NCBI GenBank assembly: GCA_040954595.2
Contig: CM082588.2
Coordinates: 7,279,947-7,343,946 of the forward strand
Direction: 5' to 3'
Source: Balanoglossus misakiensis
Taxonomy: Eukaryota > Animalia > Hemichordata
DNA length: 64,000 bases
Shown here: piece by piece, positions 14,701 through 26,979 of the stretch
Numbering within the stretch: position 1 is the stretch's first letter
Layout: each line of letters starts with the position of its first letter
Notes under the pieces: model-generated
What the model was told of the DNA's origin: nothing
Databases searched by the model: none
Seen by the model: only the letters and a program-made list of their open reading frames with translations
Program-made: the position numbers and the translations under genes

Positions 14701-16325
14701 CGATAAATTGCAGTGTTGCCTTAGATACCAGAATGTTGTTTTAATATTTTATTGACTTTTTACACCGACTAAACAAATTAGAATTACTTGATATATGTGG
14801 CATGAGTAACTTCAGTCAATCTTTGATAGACTTGTTACCTTGTGTATAAATAATAAAACTAAACAGAAACATCATAAAAGTAAAGCAACTTTAATTGTAA
14901 CAAACACATTGAATAGCTGTCTCTGCCTCTCTGTCCGTCTCTCTCTCCCCTCCCCCTCCCCTCCTCTCCCTCCCTCCCCACCCCCCTCTCTGGGTGCCAT
15001 TTTCAACTTCATAAATTAGTTCTAATTTCAGTCCTTTTGTTAAATAGAACAAAGTTGGACAAAACAGATTGAGCAAAAATGGTTCAGAAGTTTTCTATCT
15101 CTTACAGATCAATATATAAAGCAGTTAATGTACATGTATGTGATCTTTGCCAGTTATGTAGGCTATTACGGTCCCAGACTATCAGGACCTATCACCTATA
15201 AGTCCATTAATTTACGATAAGGATGTTTGTCAAACATACTGCAAATCACAGGTGGGCTTGTCGTGAGCCACACAGTAAATTTTGATGTCTCGGTTAAAAC
15301 ATTGTTCCTGTTCAGAGTAGAATTCAGGTGTTTTGTATATCTAATGAAGGGACTGACTTGTATGATACGGAGATTCAAGCTTTGGACTACACCACTGGAC
15401 CTGGTATGTGCGTGGTGGGATTAAGGCGAGCTGTTTTACGATTTGAGCTCACTTTGAACTAAATGTGTCATGGCCAGGGAGGAAAGATCTTGTGCAAGAC
15501 GCACTTAATAGGAGCAGCCTTTCGGACAAATAGCTTCAAGACTTGAACGACGTGTCCAACTGGTAACCGTTACCCTCGTTTGGTAAGTATGGTCCTATCG
15601 TACTTGATAATACCAGTGAGCTACGAGTGCGTGGTAATATTGAAGAGAGTCTACAAACATGATAAATTTACCCCAAAAATTGGTGTGCGGGTATGATTTC
15701 TATACCGTATCTCAAAGAAATGAAATTTCAGTGTTGTCAGACTTGCCAAGTTCTTATTTAAAGTTTCACGGCCAAATGTCTACAACACACAAGCCCGACA
15801 AACGGGCATTCATTTTAGTTTTAAAGAAAACCATAGCGACCAAACTATGACCGCCATTACATTTCTTCTAGATGACCAAACAAACACGCGATCGATAAAA
15901 CTTCCAATACACGCTTTGTTATTTTGAGTTAAAAAAATCTCTCGCAAAGCTCATATCTTTATGAACGCATCATAGGCAGGCCGACATCACATAATTAAAC
16001 TACATTCATACGTGTTCAAATCTTATCATTGCGCAGCAAGTTCAAATACTCTAGAAAGATAACTCATGCTATCGAAAAGATACCTATGCAACGCATGTAA
16101 ACCTTTCCAACGTCGTCTAGAACAATCAAATAGTTCGTAGTATATGTTTCGGTGCAGAATGATCAAACTTCAAAAGTATGAATGTAAAAATGCGACATAT
16201 GATTTTCATCTCAATGTGTCGTATATGGTCTCCCTGTTTAAATTTTGTGTAGTCAGAATAAACCGCATTAAAATATTTGGCCACCACGTAATTTTATGAA
16301 AGACGTACACCAGAGTATCATCTTG

Positions 16326-16329
<4 letters not shown>

Positions 16330-16383
<54 letters not shown>

Positions 16384-16405
16384 GCAGAAAGACAGAGACA
16401 GAGAG
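16330..16405. repeat. (GA)n/(GACA)n microsatellite
   Basis: Directly visible. Confidence 0.95.
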
Positions 16406-17386
16406 CATTAAAGCTTAAAAGGCAAACGGCAAAATTTAGCAAAGTCACAAACGAATTCACTGATAAAACTGCCTGGAGACCATGTTAGTAGCCGACTTTA
16501 CCCTGTTGTTGCCAGTGAGGCTTAATATGTGCTTTTATTACAATTTTCAAGATCCTCAGTTGTATGATTTTCTCGGTTGCACTACTACGGTTATGATGGT
16601 AAACTTGGCAAAACAAACATTATAGTAAATGTCCATTGCCACGTCGACTGCACGTAGCCATATCAACGCTACACTTCACAGACTGGCTATTGTCAGCACC
16701 CAAATGCAGATAAATCAAAATTCCGCTTTGAAGAACAGTGGAGGCTTTAGCATAATAAAATGCATTGGTCAATAAAAAGACTTAAATTTCACACCTTTAA
16801 TCATACTGTTTGGATTTATGGTTGCAACGTGTAATGCAAGGAATGCATGTGTAGTTATAAAATCGTGTACGTTCAAGGGCTTTTGGTAAGTTAACAGAAG
16901 TTGCATGTACGAGTAAGCAAATAAGTTGTTTACATGTAAATAGATTCATCCGAGTTCGCAACGCGCCTTTATATTTATATGCGGATTATTTGAACTAGAG
17001 GTAATCCATAACGCTAATCCAAAAAGGGTGTGATATTGGACGAAATGTGCTAATCCGCAATTGTATTCAGATTTAATGTTTAAGGCATCACACTCTTCCA
17101 AACGATATGGCAATGAAAGAGAACATGGTAATTTGGTAAGAGTTTTTACACTAGGCTCTTTGCCTGATGACAGGAACATACTATATTGGAAAAGAAAAAA
17201 AAAACTTTTGGGTGGATAAATATACGTATAACTATAATGTAAGTTTAAGTCATTGAGTCACAAATTTGGGACGATGTAAAAATTCTGTCAAAATACCCCT
17301 ACATGTATTTTCATATCATGTTACCATTGTAATGATTGCTATTCTTTTTTACAGAGAATCATTGCTTTGGAACTAAAACTACAAAA

Positions 17387-18580
17387 ATGATGCACAATAT
17401 CCTTCAGCAACGATCAGCAAAATTTGACAAGACAAGATACAACAATTTGTGTATAGAGCGTCACCATGCCAGAACGATGGGGGCAATTGAAAAGCAAAGG
17501 CGACACGCCATGATGGTGATCATGCGAGAAATGACTGATATCAAATTGGAATTTCAGGCTCAGAAAAGAGCAAAATTATCGCCAAACTTGCCGACTAGAC
17601 TAGAGTCGAGATTGGGTACCGTCCAACGACCGGTTTATCGTTTCACCGCCTCACTCGGAGAACCCGAGCCAGGCATCGGTGGTTCCGAAGAATTTCCGAC
17701 GGCGTCCGGAGTCACGGACAGCAGAAGAGCGACGCCATCGGCAAGTGAAGGGGAGGAAGATGCTGAAATGAGAGAGAAGAAGTTCGACAGAGGGCAGTTT
17801 TTTCGGACTCAACTTGAAGATATTGCATCCGACAGCGAGAAGGAGGATGAACAAGACGCGGGAAAGAGCGAGGATTTGACGAGCAACTCTGACGACGATA
17901 AGAAGAGTTATCGATCCCAACAAAACGGCGCTGCCAAAAGACCTCCAAAAAGAACCAGCAAAAAGGACTCTACCGGAAGCCAGGAGAAAGACTCCGAGAA
18001 AATCGTCGCGGAGACCATCCGAAAATTGCGACTACAATATCCCAAACTAGCGGCGACATTTTCGGTTGCCATCCCAACGGAGGCGGCGACGAGCGCTCTG
18101 GCGGTGCGCAGGTACAACAAACTCCGACGGCAGTCTCTGGACCAAATCAACTCCAGAACAAACCACGAGAAACAACGAAGAAACAGCTCGGCTCCCCCAC
18201 ACGCAGGAAAGATGATCGCCCCAACAGCCCCGGGAGACGCAAGCTGGAAAGTGGTAGAAATCACGCCGCTTGAACAACTCGGCGGACGACAATCTTTCCG
18301 TCTGCCTTCTCTGGTGACCGAAGAAGAAGAAAAATTAATCGACCCCAAATGGGGCAAACTCTCAAAATCCGCCAAACGGAAAAATCTCAAGCGAACGGAG
18401 TACGACAAAATGATGTTTATCCAAAAGTACGAACAGACGAAAGAGAACGAAAGGGTTATGGAAGAACTCGAACAATATCTGCGTAAAATGGAGCCGAAAA
18501 AGAGCGCTGAACAGACGGAGACGAGTGATGACGAAACAGAGCAATATGTTAATGAGTACCATGACGTTCCTATGCAATAA
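17387..18580 (+). CDS. Uncharacterised ~397 aa protein: helical/coiled-coil N- and C-termini, acidic/Ser-rich disordered middle
   Basis: Long ORF, GC-richer than its flanks. A splice acceptor (ttctttttt-acag, ending 17354) precedes ATG 17387, implying a non-coding upstream exon (candidate donor GTAAGT near 15582). No family recognised with confidence. Confidence 0.75.
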   Translation: MMHNILQQRSAKFDKTRYNNLCIERHHARTMGAIEKQRRHAMMVIMREMTDIKLEFQAQKRAKLSPNLPTRLESRLGTVQRPVYRFTASLGEPEPGIGGSEEFPTASGVTDSRRATPSASEGEEDAEMREKKFDRGQFFRTQLEDIASDSEKEDEQDAGKSEDLTSNSDDDKKSYRSQQNGAAKRPPKRTSKKDSTGSQEKDSEKIVAETIRKLRLQYPKLAATFSVAIPTEAATSALAVRRYNKLRRQSLDQINSRTNHEKQRRNSSAPPHAGKMIAPTAPGDASWKVVEITPLEQLGGRQSFRLPSLVTEEEEKLIDPKWGKLSKSAKRKNLKRTEYDKMMFIQKYEQTKENERVMEELEQYLRKMEPKKSAEQTETSDDETEQYVNEYHDVPMQ

Positions 18581-20123
18581 TGCATCTTCCATTCATTACA
18601 TACGAAGAGACAAATATCAAACTATTATTCCAGAATGAAAAAAAATATGCATTAGATTGTTACTGCTTTTCAAAACATTCTTTTGAAGGGCAGGTTCGTT
18701 GACAATCTACAAAAGTTACTTCCATAACTAAAATAGGCCTTTCAGTCCGACTGTCGCCTAGTGCAGTGGAAATCTAGACAATCACGGATTTTCAGAGGGT
18801 GGCCACGCGAAAAGAAACATATCACCACCCGAAGACTTGTAACACACGCCCTTTTAACCAAATTTTATGGGATAGCGACGCTGTTGCTTGCATGTTTACC
18901 TGCCAGTTTTAAAGCTTGAAACTTTGAAAGTACACACTTCCACAAAGCTATGATTTAGCCAACTTGAAAGCGTTTTTTTATTTACTTTTAACTAAAATAC
19001 AACGTAAATATAATCCGGGTGAGGGAGGACAGGTGTGTTCCTGATTTAGAAAATAAAGCAAATGTAATTTGATTTATGATTTGGAAGTATTTTTATGAAT
19101 AAACAATTCGCTTTATTAAATTTAGAACAGGGGAAGTTCCAACAATCTTTCTTCGATACCCCAATATGACATCAGAATAGTCGGAAAAATTGCTTCCATA
19201 CACATATCCCCTAGCCCATTATAAAAAAGGGACGGGTAAATCTACGTACGTGTCATTTTCTGAGCATCTTTTCTTCAAGTTCAAGTGTCAAGCTTGACTC
19301 AAAAACTTCTTCAACTTTATAATACGACGATTTAAAAATTAGGCCTATGAACTGCTAGTGTCGTGAACTCTGACCCGTGCACGCATGCACACTACTATCA
19401 GCTGGTCTCCAAGCAACGAGATAGTCTAAAAGTCGGTTGATACCGAAATTAACACACAGATCCGGGTACATGGGGTAAAGTTATAGTTTATATGTTTTAT
19501 ATTGCGTTTCACGGTAATACTCAGGTGGTAGAACAGAAGAACAAGCTGCAGACTTGCACCAGATTGCTTTGAAGTCGCTTAATGTGATCGGAATTCTACT
19601 GTTTTTACGGACCATCGTAGCGACTACAGGTAAAGGCTATATTTATTTCCGGGCACTGTGTGCATCGCATGAACTGAGTATTCACATTCCCGTGAATTCA
19701 CATTTTTGAGTCAACAAATATTATGATTTTCCAACAAAAAGGTGCACGGTTGAAGTACCGTAGCTCGAGGTTTTATACTTTGAAATTTCAGCCTTGTGTG
19801 TGGACTGGTATTGTACGGTGAGCATGCAGTACAGCGCCATCATGTGACTGTGACCTCTCAATGACCTGAGCATGAGACCTCTACGGTACACACAGTACGA
19901 AGCTGGATCTCATGTAAAAATGTAGTCTACAGAAAAATGCACATTGTGTCATGATATATACAGCCTTTGTTAGGAATTGGGAAGAATTGCAAATCTCATC
20001 ATGGACAGAAGGTTGATATATTTAAGTACAAAGTTTTGAATAGCTGCCATTTTTGCATTATATTTTCATTATTTTAATTTCAGACAGAGTTGTCCCTTTA
20101 ACTGAGCTGATTGACTCAAGAAG

Positions 20124-22009
20124 ATGACAGTTCCTGTGATTGTGGTACATGGTGGTGCTGGCTACCAAGTTCATGAGGAATATAAAGAGGACTACATTGG
20201 TGTATGTGACGCAGCCAAGAAGGGATACAAGATTTTACAAAGTGGGGATGGAAATGCCGTAAGTGCAGTCGTACAAGCTGTCCGCGCTCTGGAAGACAAC
20301 GAGATCTTCAACGCTGGCCGTGGGTCAAAATTAAACCGAGACGGCGACATCCAGATGGACGCCATGGTGATGAACGGCCAGAATCTGAGATGCGGGGGAG
20401 TTGTCGCGGTAACGAACATTGCCAATCCGGTCTGTTTGGCTGAAGAGGTGATGAAGAGGACAAAGCATTGTCTGTTGACTGCAAGATATGCGCAAAATTT
20501 TGCGAGAAGTATCGGATTTCCAATTGTTCCCATGGATGCACTCATAACACCAAGGGCACGAAGACTGTTTGACGCGGCAAAAAACAAGGAAAACGCTGTA
20601 AATCAGGAGAAATTATTAGTCGGAGGAGACTCTGAGTGTAAAGACACAGTAAGTCTGTTAAATCTGTAACTGATATGGAACTGCATGATCAGATTTGAAG
20701 TTAGTGAGTGTAAGAGTTAGATTGGGTGTGAAATTATGAGTATGATAGTGAAATTTCCTCTTGTGGATAACTGTACATATTAGAGATGAATTTTTTTTTC
20801 AAATATGAATATGCATTTAAATTTGAGAAAGAAATGACCCTTACTTTAAGCTCTGTTAGTCAAATTTGCATACTATGATCATGAATATCACTAACTTTTG
20901 ATATTTGTTTAGGTTATCTTGGACTAGTTAATCTGTCCACAGAAACATACAAAATGACTACTCAATTCAGCCAAATTCTCACAAATGTCAATTATGATTT
21001 CAGGTTGGAGCAGTTGCCCTTGATCGCCATGGAAACTTGGCCTGCGCCACATCTACTGGAGGCTTAACTTTTTCATTACCTGGCCGTGTTGGTGACAGTG
21101 CTTTGCCAGGCAGTGGGGGTTACGCTGATAATCAGCTGGGGGCCTGCTCCACAACCGGTATGTAAAACTATCTGTCACAATAGCTCAGCAAAACAGTTGC
21201 ATGCAAAAAATGGCTGCTTTGAACAATTGGGGACATTTCCCGAGATGTCCACCTGCAAATTTAACCCTTTCACCCCCAGTTCCCTCTTCAGAGGTCCAAG
21301 TGCACCCATATCAAACAATGGGTTTGGACTGAACCATAGTGGTAAAATGGTTAAGCACTGACTTCTCCTGGTTATACTGGTAGATTGCTTTGAGGGATAG
21401 TGAACTGTAGCTGGTATTAGCCTGAATTTCCATCTATAATTTGATCTATAAACCATGATATGAGGAAGATACAATGGCCCAGAATTTTGCTTTTCAGCCT
21501 GCATGTAAGATCAATCAATTACAACTGAATTTGATTCCACATAAAACAATGTACTTTACTGTACTGTACTGTACTGTACTGTACAAGACATTTGGTGCAT
21601 TTCAGTACTGATTTGTCATCTGACAATTTAACAGGCTTCATTTGCAGCTGGCTTGTATTGTACATGTACATGTACATAAGATATTCACCACACTTGACAG
21701 CCATGTCTCTTCTCTGTATTTCCAGGCATTGGTGAGGCAATCATGCGGGTGAATATGGCAACCAGGGCCATCTACTACCTCGAGCAAGGTCAAAGTTCAC
21801 AGGAAGCCTCGATGAACGCCGTACAGTACATGGTGGAACGGACGAGTCCTGCCGACGGAGTGGGATGTTTAGGTGGCATCATACTTGTGGATAAGATGGG
21901 GGACATTGGAATGTATTGCTCTCATGAGTACATGAGTTTTGCGTCGATCAAAGATGGCCGGATCAAGTATGGACTGCATCCTGATCACTCAGAGTCGAAG
22001 CCTCTCTAA
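20124..22009 (+). CDS. ASRGL1: Isoaspartyl peptidase/L-asparaginase (Ntn hydrolase, asparaginase_2 family), 3 coding exons
   Basis: Exons 20124-20648, 21004-21157, 21726-22009. Motifs [29 protein letters not shown]|[20 protein letters not shown] (nucleophile Thr at the exon 1/2 junction), [18 protein letters not shown]. Confidence 0.9.
21261..21354 (-). mobile_element. piggyBac-like MITE (family A) in ASRGL1 intron 2
   Basis: Reverse-oriented family A core between TTAA flanks. Confidence 0.8.
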
Positions 22010-22593
22010 AGGAGGGATGGTGCAGAGGTCGGACCGCTGGATTAATTTGCAGAGGGGGGACAGTGCATGCGATCAAGGCTAGCTCTGATGTGCAAGATTC
22101 TATCACTACTTTCCAGTTACAAGTTGTATATTCGAAGTATATAAGTTTCTTAAACATTGTTCGTAGTTTTCATCTTCTATACCTTTTTTGTATTGTCATG
22201 TCTTCACTGTACAACTATAAAAGCACAGTTGCAATACACAACACTCTCCTGATGATTTGCACTTGCATACACAAGATCTGCCAATTTCGCGGATAGAATA
22301 ACGCAGGGAGTTGTGGGACAGCTTGCGTTCTGAGCGCATGCGTTAGCCATGTACTAGCCGCCATCTTGAATGCAAATTATACCATCATGCATTGCAGATA
22401 CCCTATCCACAAAGTGGTCCATGCTTCAGGTGATCACTGACACATCATTCACACAAAACAAAAAGACAGAACCCATTATGTTCGATACAAGCACGATATC
22501 AATGCTTAGGTGTTTTTTTTATTTAAACTGCTCAGTCCAAATTGTAGTCCTTTCTTACATAATAGTATATTTGAGAGTTTTGTTTTTTCCCCC

Positions 22594-25500
22594 TTAGGTA
22601 CTCTTCTGAGCAATCCTTGTGTCTCTCTCTTCAGCAATAGTCAGACGCACACCCTTTCCTTTGGGCAGAGAGATCCAGGGTTTGTTTCCTTTTCCGATGA
22701 CGAACACGTTCGAGAGACGGGTGGCAAATGTGTGACCTGTGAAGACAAAGGATGATATATATTACTTATTGAAATATTAGTTTTCATTTAAAACCATGCA
22801 GCTCATTTGTCAAGAGATTGACCACAATTTGACCAGTCACGAAAGCAGTTCTTGTGACTATGAGGGTGTTCGCTTTTGATGAGCGAGTATATCCATTTGT
22901 GATTACAAACGCCTTAGCAAAGCTTTGGAAAACATTCTACAAAGATCATTGAAAACATATCTACAAATGAAATGCACATTATACATCTACCTCCTGATAT
23001 GCAAAACATAAACATCACTGTAGATGACACCTCCCATTGTCAAATGATTTATACAGAATTCTAGTACCATTTCACTATTCACTCAAAGGCTCAGGTGGTC
23101 ATTTGGCACTTTCATCTAAATACTACACGTATACCCACTGATTATTTAACTCTGACCACATCACATATAAACCACAGACCAAGACAAGATTACCTGTAGC
23201 ATCTTTCACATGGACAATATCGAAGGATCCTGGATGACGTTCACGGTTTGTGATGACGCCAACTCTCCCCAAGTTACGACCTCCGGTGATCATGCACACA
23301 TTACCTGTAGAAAGACAAAAACGTCAGTGGTAAGACCAGTATCATAAATGTTTCTACCATGGTAAGCCATTCCAAACTATAAACACCACACAGAAGGCTA
23401 ACCATTTCCATGAACACAATTATTTTTCCGAGGCAACTTCCGAAGTCAAACTTCCTAACATGAGAGTAGCAAGATCAATTTGAAGACAGAGTAGACCAAT
23501 CAATGCCTGGCATGAGCTGGGAGAATCTGTAAAAATTTCTGAGTGAATTCTACTGGTTGCTACAATCAAACTTTCTATGGCGGGCCAGCCAAGTAATTTT
23601 CCTGCATTGTCCATTATAGACAGGTGGTCTTTATAGACAAGTCAATTAATGCATACTATAGATTAACATTGAATTTCACTAAAAAACTAAATCACTAAAT
23701 GGTGGTAGATGCCTAAATGTAAGAAATATTTCAGAAATGCCATTTATTATCAAATCTTGTCGTACTTTGATAATAAACTATTTTTAAGTTGCTGCTGGGA
23801 AAAACCTATCAGACGATAATCACAAATTTACTTACCACTGTCAAATTTGATGTAATCTGTGATCTTTCCTGTCGAAATATCGACCTTGACGGTGTCATTG
23901 ACCTTGACGAGGGGATCAGGGTAGCGGATAGTCCTAGCATCGTGAGTCACAATGAATGGGACGCCCTTGGGTCCAACGCACAGTTTTCGGACTTTGCACA
24001 GTTTGTACTGTTGGAGGTTACCAGAAAATATAAATTCCTGAATGAGGAACATATCTTTTCACTTATTCCAGATCCCACTAGTTTTCCCTTGAGGGCAAAA
24101 CAGGGAAACTTTGCAGGTACTAGTCTACAAGCATCCATTTGGCTATTGACATTACACAACAAGTTGCAAAAAGTCAAATGCTGCAAAAATCACGAAATGA
24201 ATAAACGCTGACTTTTCAGGAAACAGATTTAATGGACAGATCACAAAACTTTCAAGTTTCATCACACACTATTATTTATGACTGCGTGTTAGAACCAACT
24301 GGGTGGCAAAAAGATTCTGCCGTTTTTTTGCCTGGTCATTTCTAATGTTTATTTTGTCTTTTTGCATACAAAATAGGTGTATGTAAAGTTTGTTCTTCTC
24401 GTGGGTGATGCCGTGACGATATTCAAATTGAATCAAAACAGCGACCGTAATAGAGAAGGGATACTATAGGCCCGGTTTGACCATATCTAACTGGAGCACG
24501 TTAGTACGGCTTCGATCAGGCCATTTTTCTACTGCATTTATGTTTCCAGGAGTATGACTAGGTATTACGTAAAAATAAAAGTTTCTAGGGGCGATTATGC
24601 AGTGATTATGTCAAATATTAACCATAATCAACATTTTATAGAAGTGTAGATGGCTGAATATTCAACAACTTCCAGGACATGTATGCACTAACCTTGGATT
24701 CCTCATTGGTAATTCTGTGCACTGCGTAACGCCCCTTCACGTCAAAGACAAGTCTGAAATTTTCTCCAGTTTTTTCAATGGTGACAACATCTGAAGACAC
24801 AAAATGACAAGATGTAAGTTCAGGGCAGACATTTTTTCTTTGACTGAAGATATTTGGAATGTGTTCAAATAATTTTACAAGAACAATATTCTTCATAACA
24901 GTGAATCATACAAATTCTGGATTAGAACCAGATGAGCTGTAACGTTTGTTTTATCTGCATACAATATAGATGTTATATAGAACTTGTTCTTCTCGTGGGT
25001 GATGCCGTGACGATATTCAAATTAAATCAAAACAGCGACCGTAATAGAGAAGATATACTATAGGCCCGGTTTGACCATATCTAACTGGAGCACGTTAGTA
25101 TGGCTTCGATCAGGCCATTTTTCTAATGGATCACATGGAATGCATGGCTGCAATGTCAGCAAAAAAGATAAACCATGCCCTACTTCGACATTATGTCACT
25201 AGTGTTCTCCCCAGTACCAAAAGGTATCCCAAGATACCCTTTGATCTGGGGAAAACAATAGAAACTCATTATCATAACAATTGAATATATTGTTATGCAC
25301 ATTAGCCACCTACCCATGTAGCCTGCTGGATAGGTGACATCTGTTCGGATTTTCCCATCCACTTTGATCAGACGCTGCATGCAAATCTTCTTAACTTCAT
25401 CTCCGGTTAGGGCATACTTCAGTCTGTTCCTCAGGAAAACGATCATTGGGAGACATTCTCGCAACTTGTGGGGTCCAGTTGACGGCCTGGGTGCCTGGGA

Positions 25501-26585
25501 GACATTAAAAGCACATCAATATCTTTCTTCATGTTCTGTCCGGTTGGCCTTTTGCTAAACATATTCTGATATATCACAATATCATTGTACTTACAAATTT
25601 TCCAGTCAACTTGTCTAACATCCAGTGCTTCGGGGCATTCAGCCGCTTGAGATGCTTCTTTGGGCCACGTGCCTGTCAACAAAATTAGAAGAATATTTGG
25701 AGAAATTCAGTATGTGATAGTTTATACATGATATACTGGTAAGTGTACATTATACATGTAAATTGTGGATGATGTGTGTTTGCTACCTTGAGAGGCTGGG
25801 AAATGGACATGAAAGCATCTATACAAATAGTTAGTAGACATAGAGTAACCAAAGTGTCGTCCCATTCTGTGAAGTCCCATCTATTTTGCACAAGTTGCTT
25901 TGATCACTGATTCTGGTCCATGATCATGCATGTATGCATTTCATGTACACTGGAAAATCAGCTGGAAGCATCTATTGCTCTATCATCAAGTCATAGCATT
26001 TATGATGAAACTCTACATGTAAACAATCAATGTCTCGAACGCTTCTTACGATTACGGCTGAAGTTTTAGATGTGGGATTTAAATGAACTGCAATGCGGCG
26101 AATGTGAGGTCTGAAGCTTTCACATTTCAGCATAGATCTACCATCACAGTCCCTCTGGAGGGACTGTGCCTACTTACTACACGTCCAATTTATATTGACA
26201 GGTTTCGTCTGGAAACATAACATGTATAACGATATAGTAGACTAGGGTGGCAGTTGCCCCTAATTCATAGACCCCCAAGTGACCATGATGGGGATAACTA
26301 ACAAACCATTAAATCGTGCATAGAGAACTGACCACCCAACCAAACACACTGCTTTGCTAGTGTAATTCATCGCCGCCATGTTTGATATCATTTATGGCGA
26401 CAACAGTCTAGTAAATTGAAGGTTCACAGTGTGATTGTCGGGGATTTTTGGCAAATGGTTGCCTGATAGTAATTTTGAAATATCTAAGATTTTATTGGAC
26501 CAGAGATGAAAGATGTGAGTTTTCAATTGACCGGGATGATTACAGATTGTTTTCTCTGTGTTGGCGACGTTCATACACTTACCAT
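22594..26585 (-). CDS. RPS4: 40S ribosomal protein S4 (eS4), 7 coding exons
   Basis: Exons (minus) 26585-26583 (ATG only), 25672-25595, 25494-25314, 24790-24693, 24007-23836, 23304-23194, 22736-22594. Translation [25 protein letters not shown]...[10 protein letters not shown]...[12 protein letters not shown]...[10 protein letters not shown]...[15 protein letters not shown]...[19 protein letters not shown]. Confidence 0.98.
24388..24524 (-). ncRNA. SNORA16: H/ACA box snoRNA, SNORA16 (ACA16)-like, copy in RPS4 intron 4
   Basis: Same strand as RPS4. Hairpin GGCC...GGCC, H box ATAGTA, hairpin CTTCTC...GAGAAG, ACA plus 3 nt. The 5' pocket ATCGAAG/TCAAA is complementary to 28S UUUGA-UC-CUUCGAU. 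Shares ATCGAAGC, TGGTCAAA and ACGGTCGC with SNORA16 as recalled. Confidence 0.85.
24982..25118 (-). ncRNA. SNORA16: H/ACA box snoRNA, SNORA16 (ACA16)-like, copy in RPS4 intron 3
   Basis: Near-identical (about 4 substitutions) to 24388-24524, with the same H box, ACA box and guide pockets. Confidence 0.85.
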
Positions 26586-26979
26586 GATGGAAGCGGGGTA
26601 AGAGGAAGATTACCCAGAGTTCCGTGCAAAGTCCGATTTTTGGACCGCCTAACTTGCGGATATTATGGATGATATGGTTGAAAATACCACAAGAGAGGAG
26701 TGATTTAATCTGAAACTCACGATTATTTTTCGTCATTGAGATTATTTATTTTCACACAAAAATGTTGTTGAAATAACATAAAATGGCCAAATGCTGATTT
26801 CCAATCCTTACACATTTTGTAATATTTCTTTTCCCAGTGTGCTAGGGCGGTCACAACAAAGATGGCGAATATAGTTGAGTGAGATTGGCTGCGTAACGCA
26901 CTCACAGAAGTTTTCGATTATATTTAACCTTTGCAAATAAGTTTGTGTCCAATATATAACATAATCAGTAATAAGCGCG
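26586..26979. promoter_or_regulatory. Bidirectional RPS4/SYAP1 promoter with TCT/5'TOP start for RPS4
   Basis: Minus strand reads CTTCCTCTTACCCCGCTTCCATC-ATG|gtaagt (oligopyrimidine start near 26608). YY1-type AAGATGGCG near 26859 and CCAAT boxes near 26801, 26883 and 26949. The divergent start codons are about 395 bp apart. Confidence 0.7.

Noticed and set aside
12000-17300. Many 60-90 aa ORFs between FAM228 and the 397-aa gene
   Set aside because: No coherent splice chain or motif; composition fits UTR, repeat and microsatellite sequence.
17651-18592. Minus-strand ORFs up to 225 aa
   Set aside because: Antisense shadows of the 17387-18580 coding exon, with no protein-like features.
22801-22950. 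Possible third H/ACA snoRNA in RPS4 intron 6 (hairpin followed by ACA)
   Set aside because: No ANANNA H box at the hinge and no target I could assign; needs an Infernal/snoReport scan.
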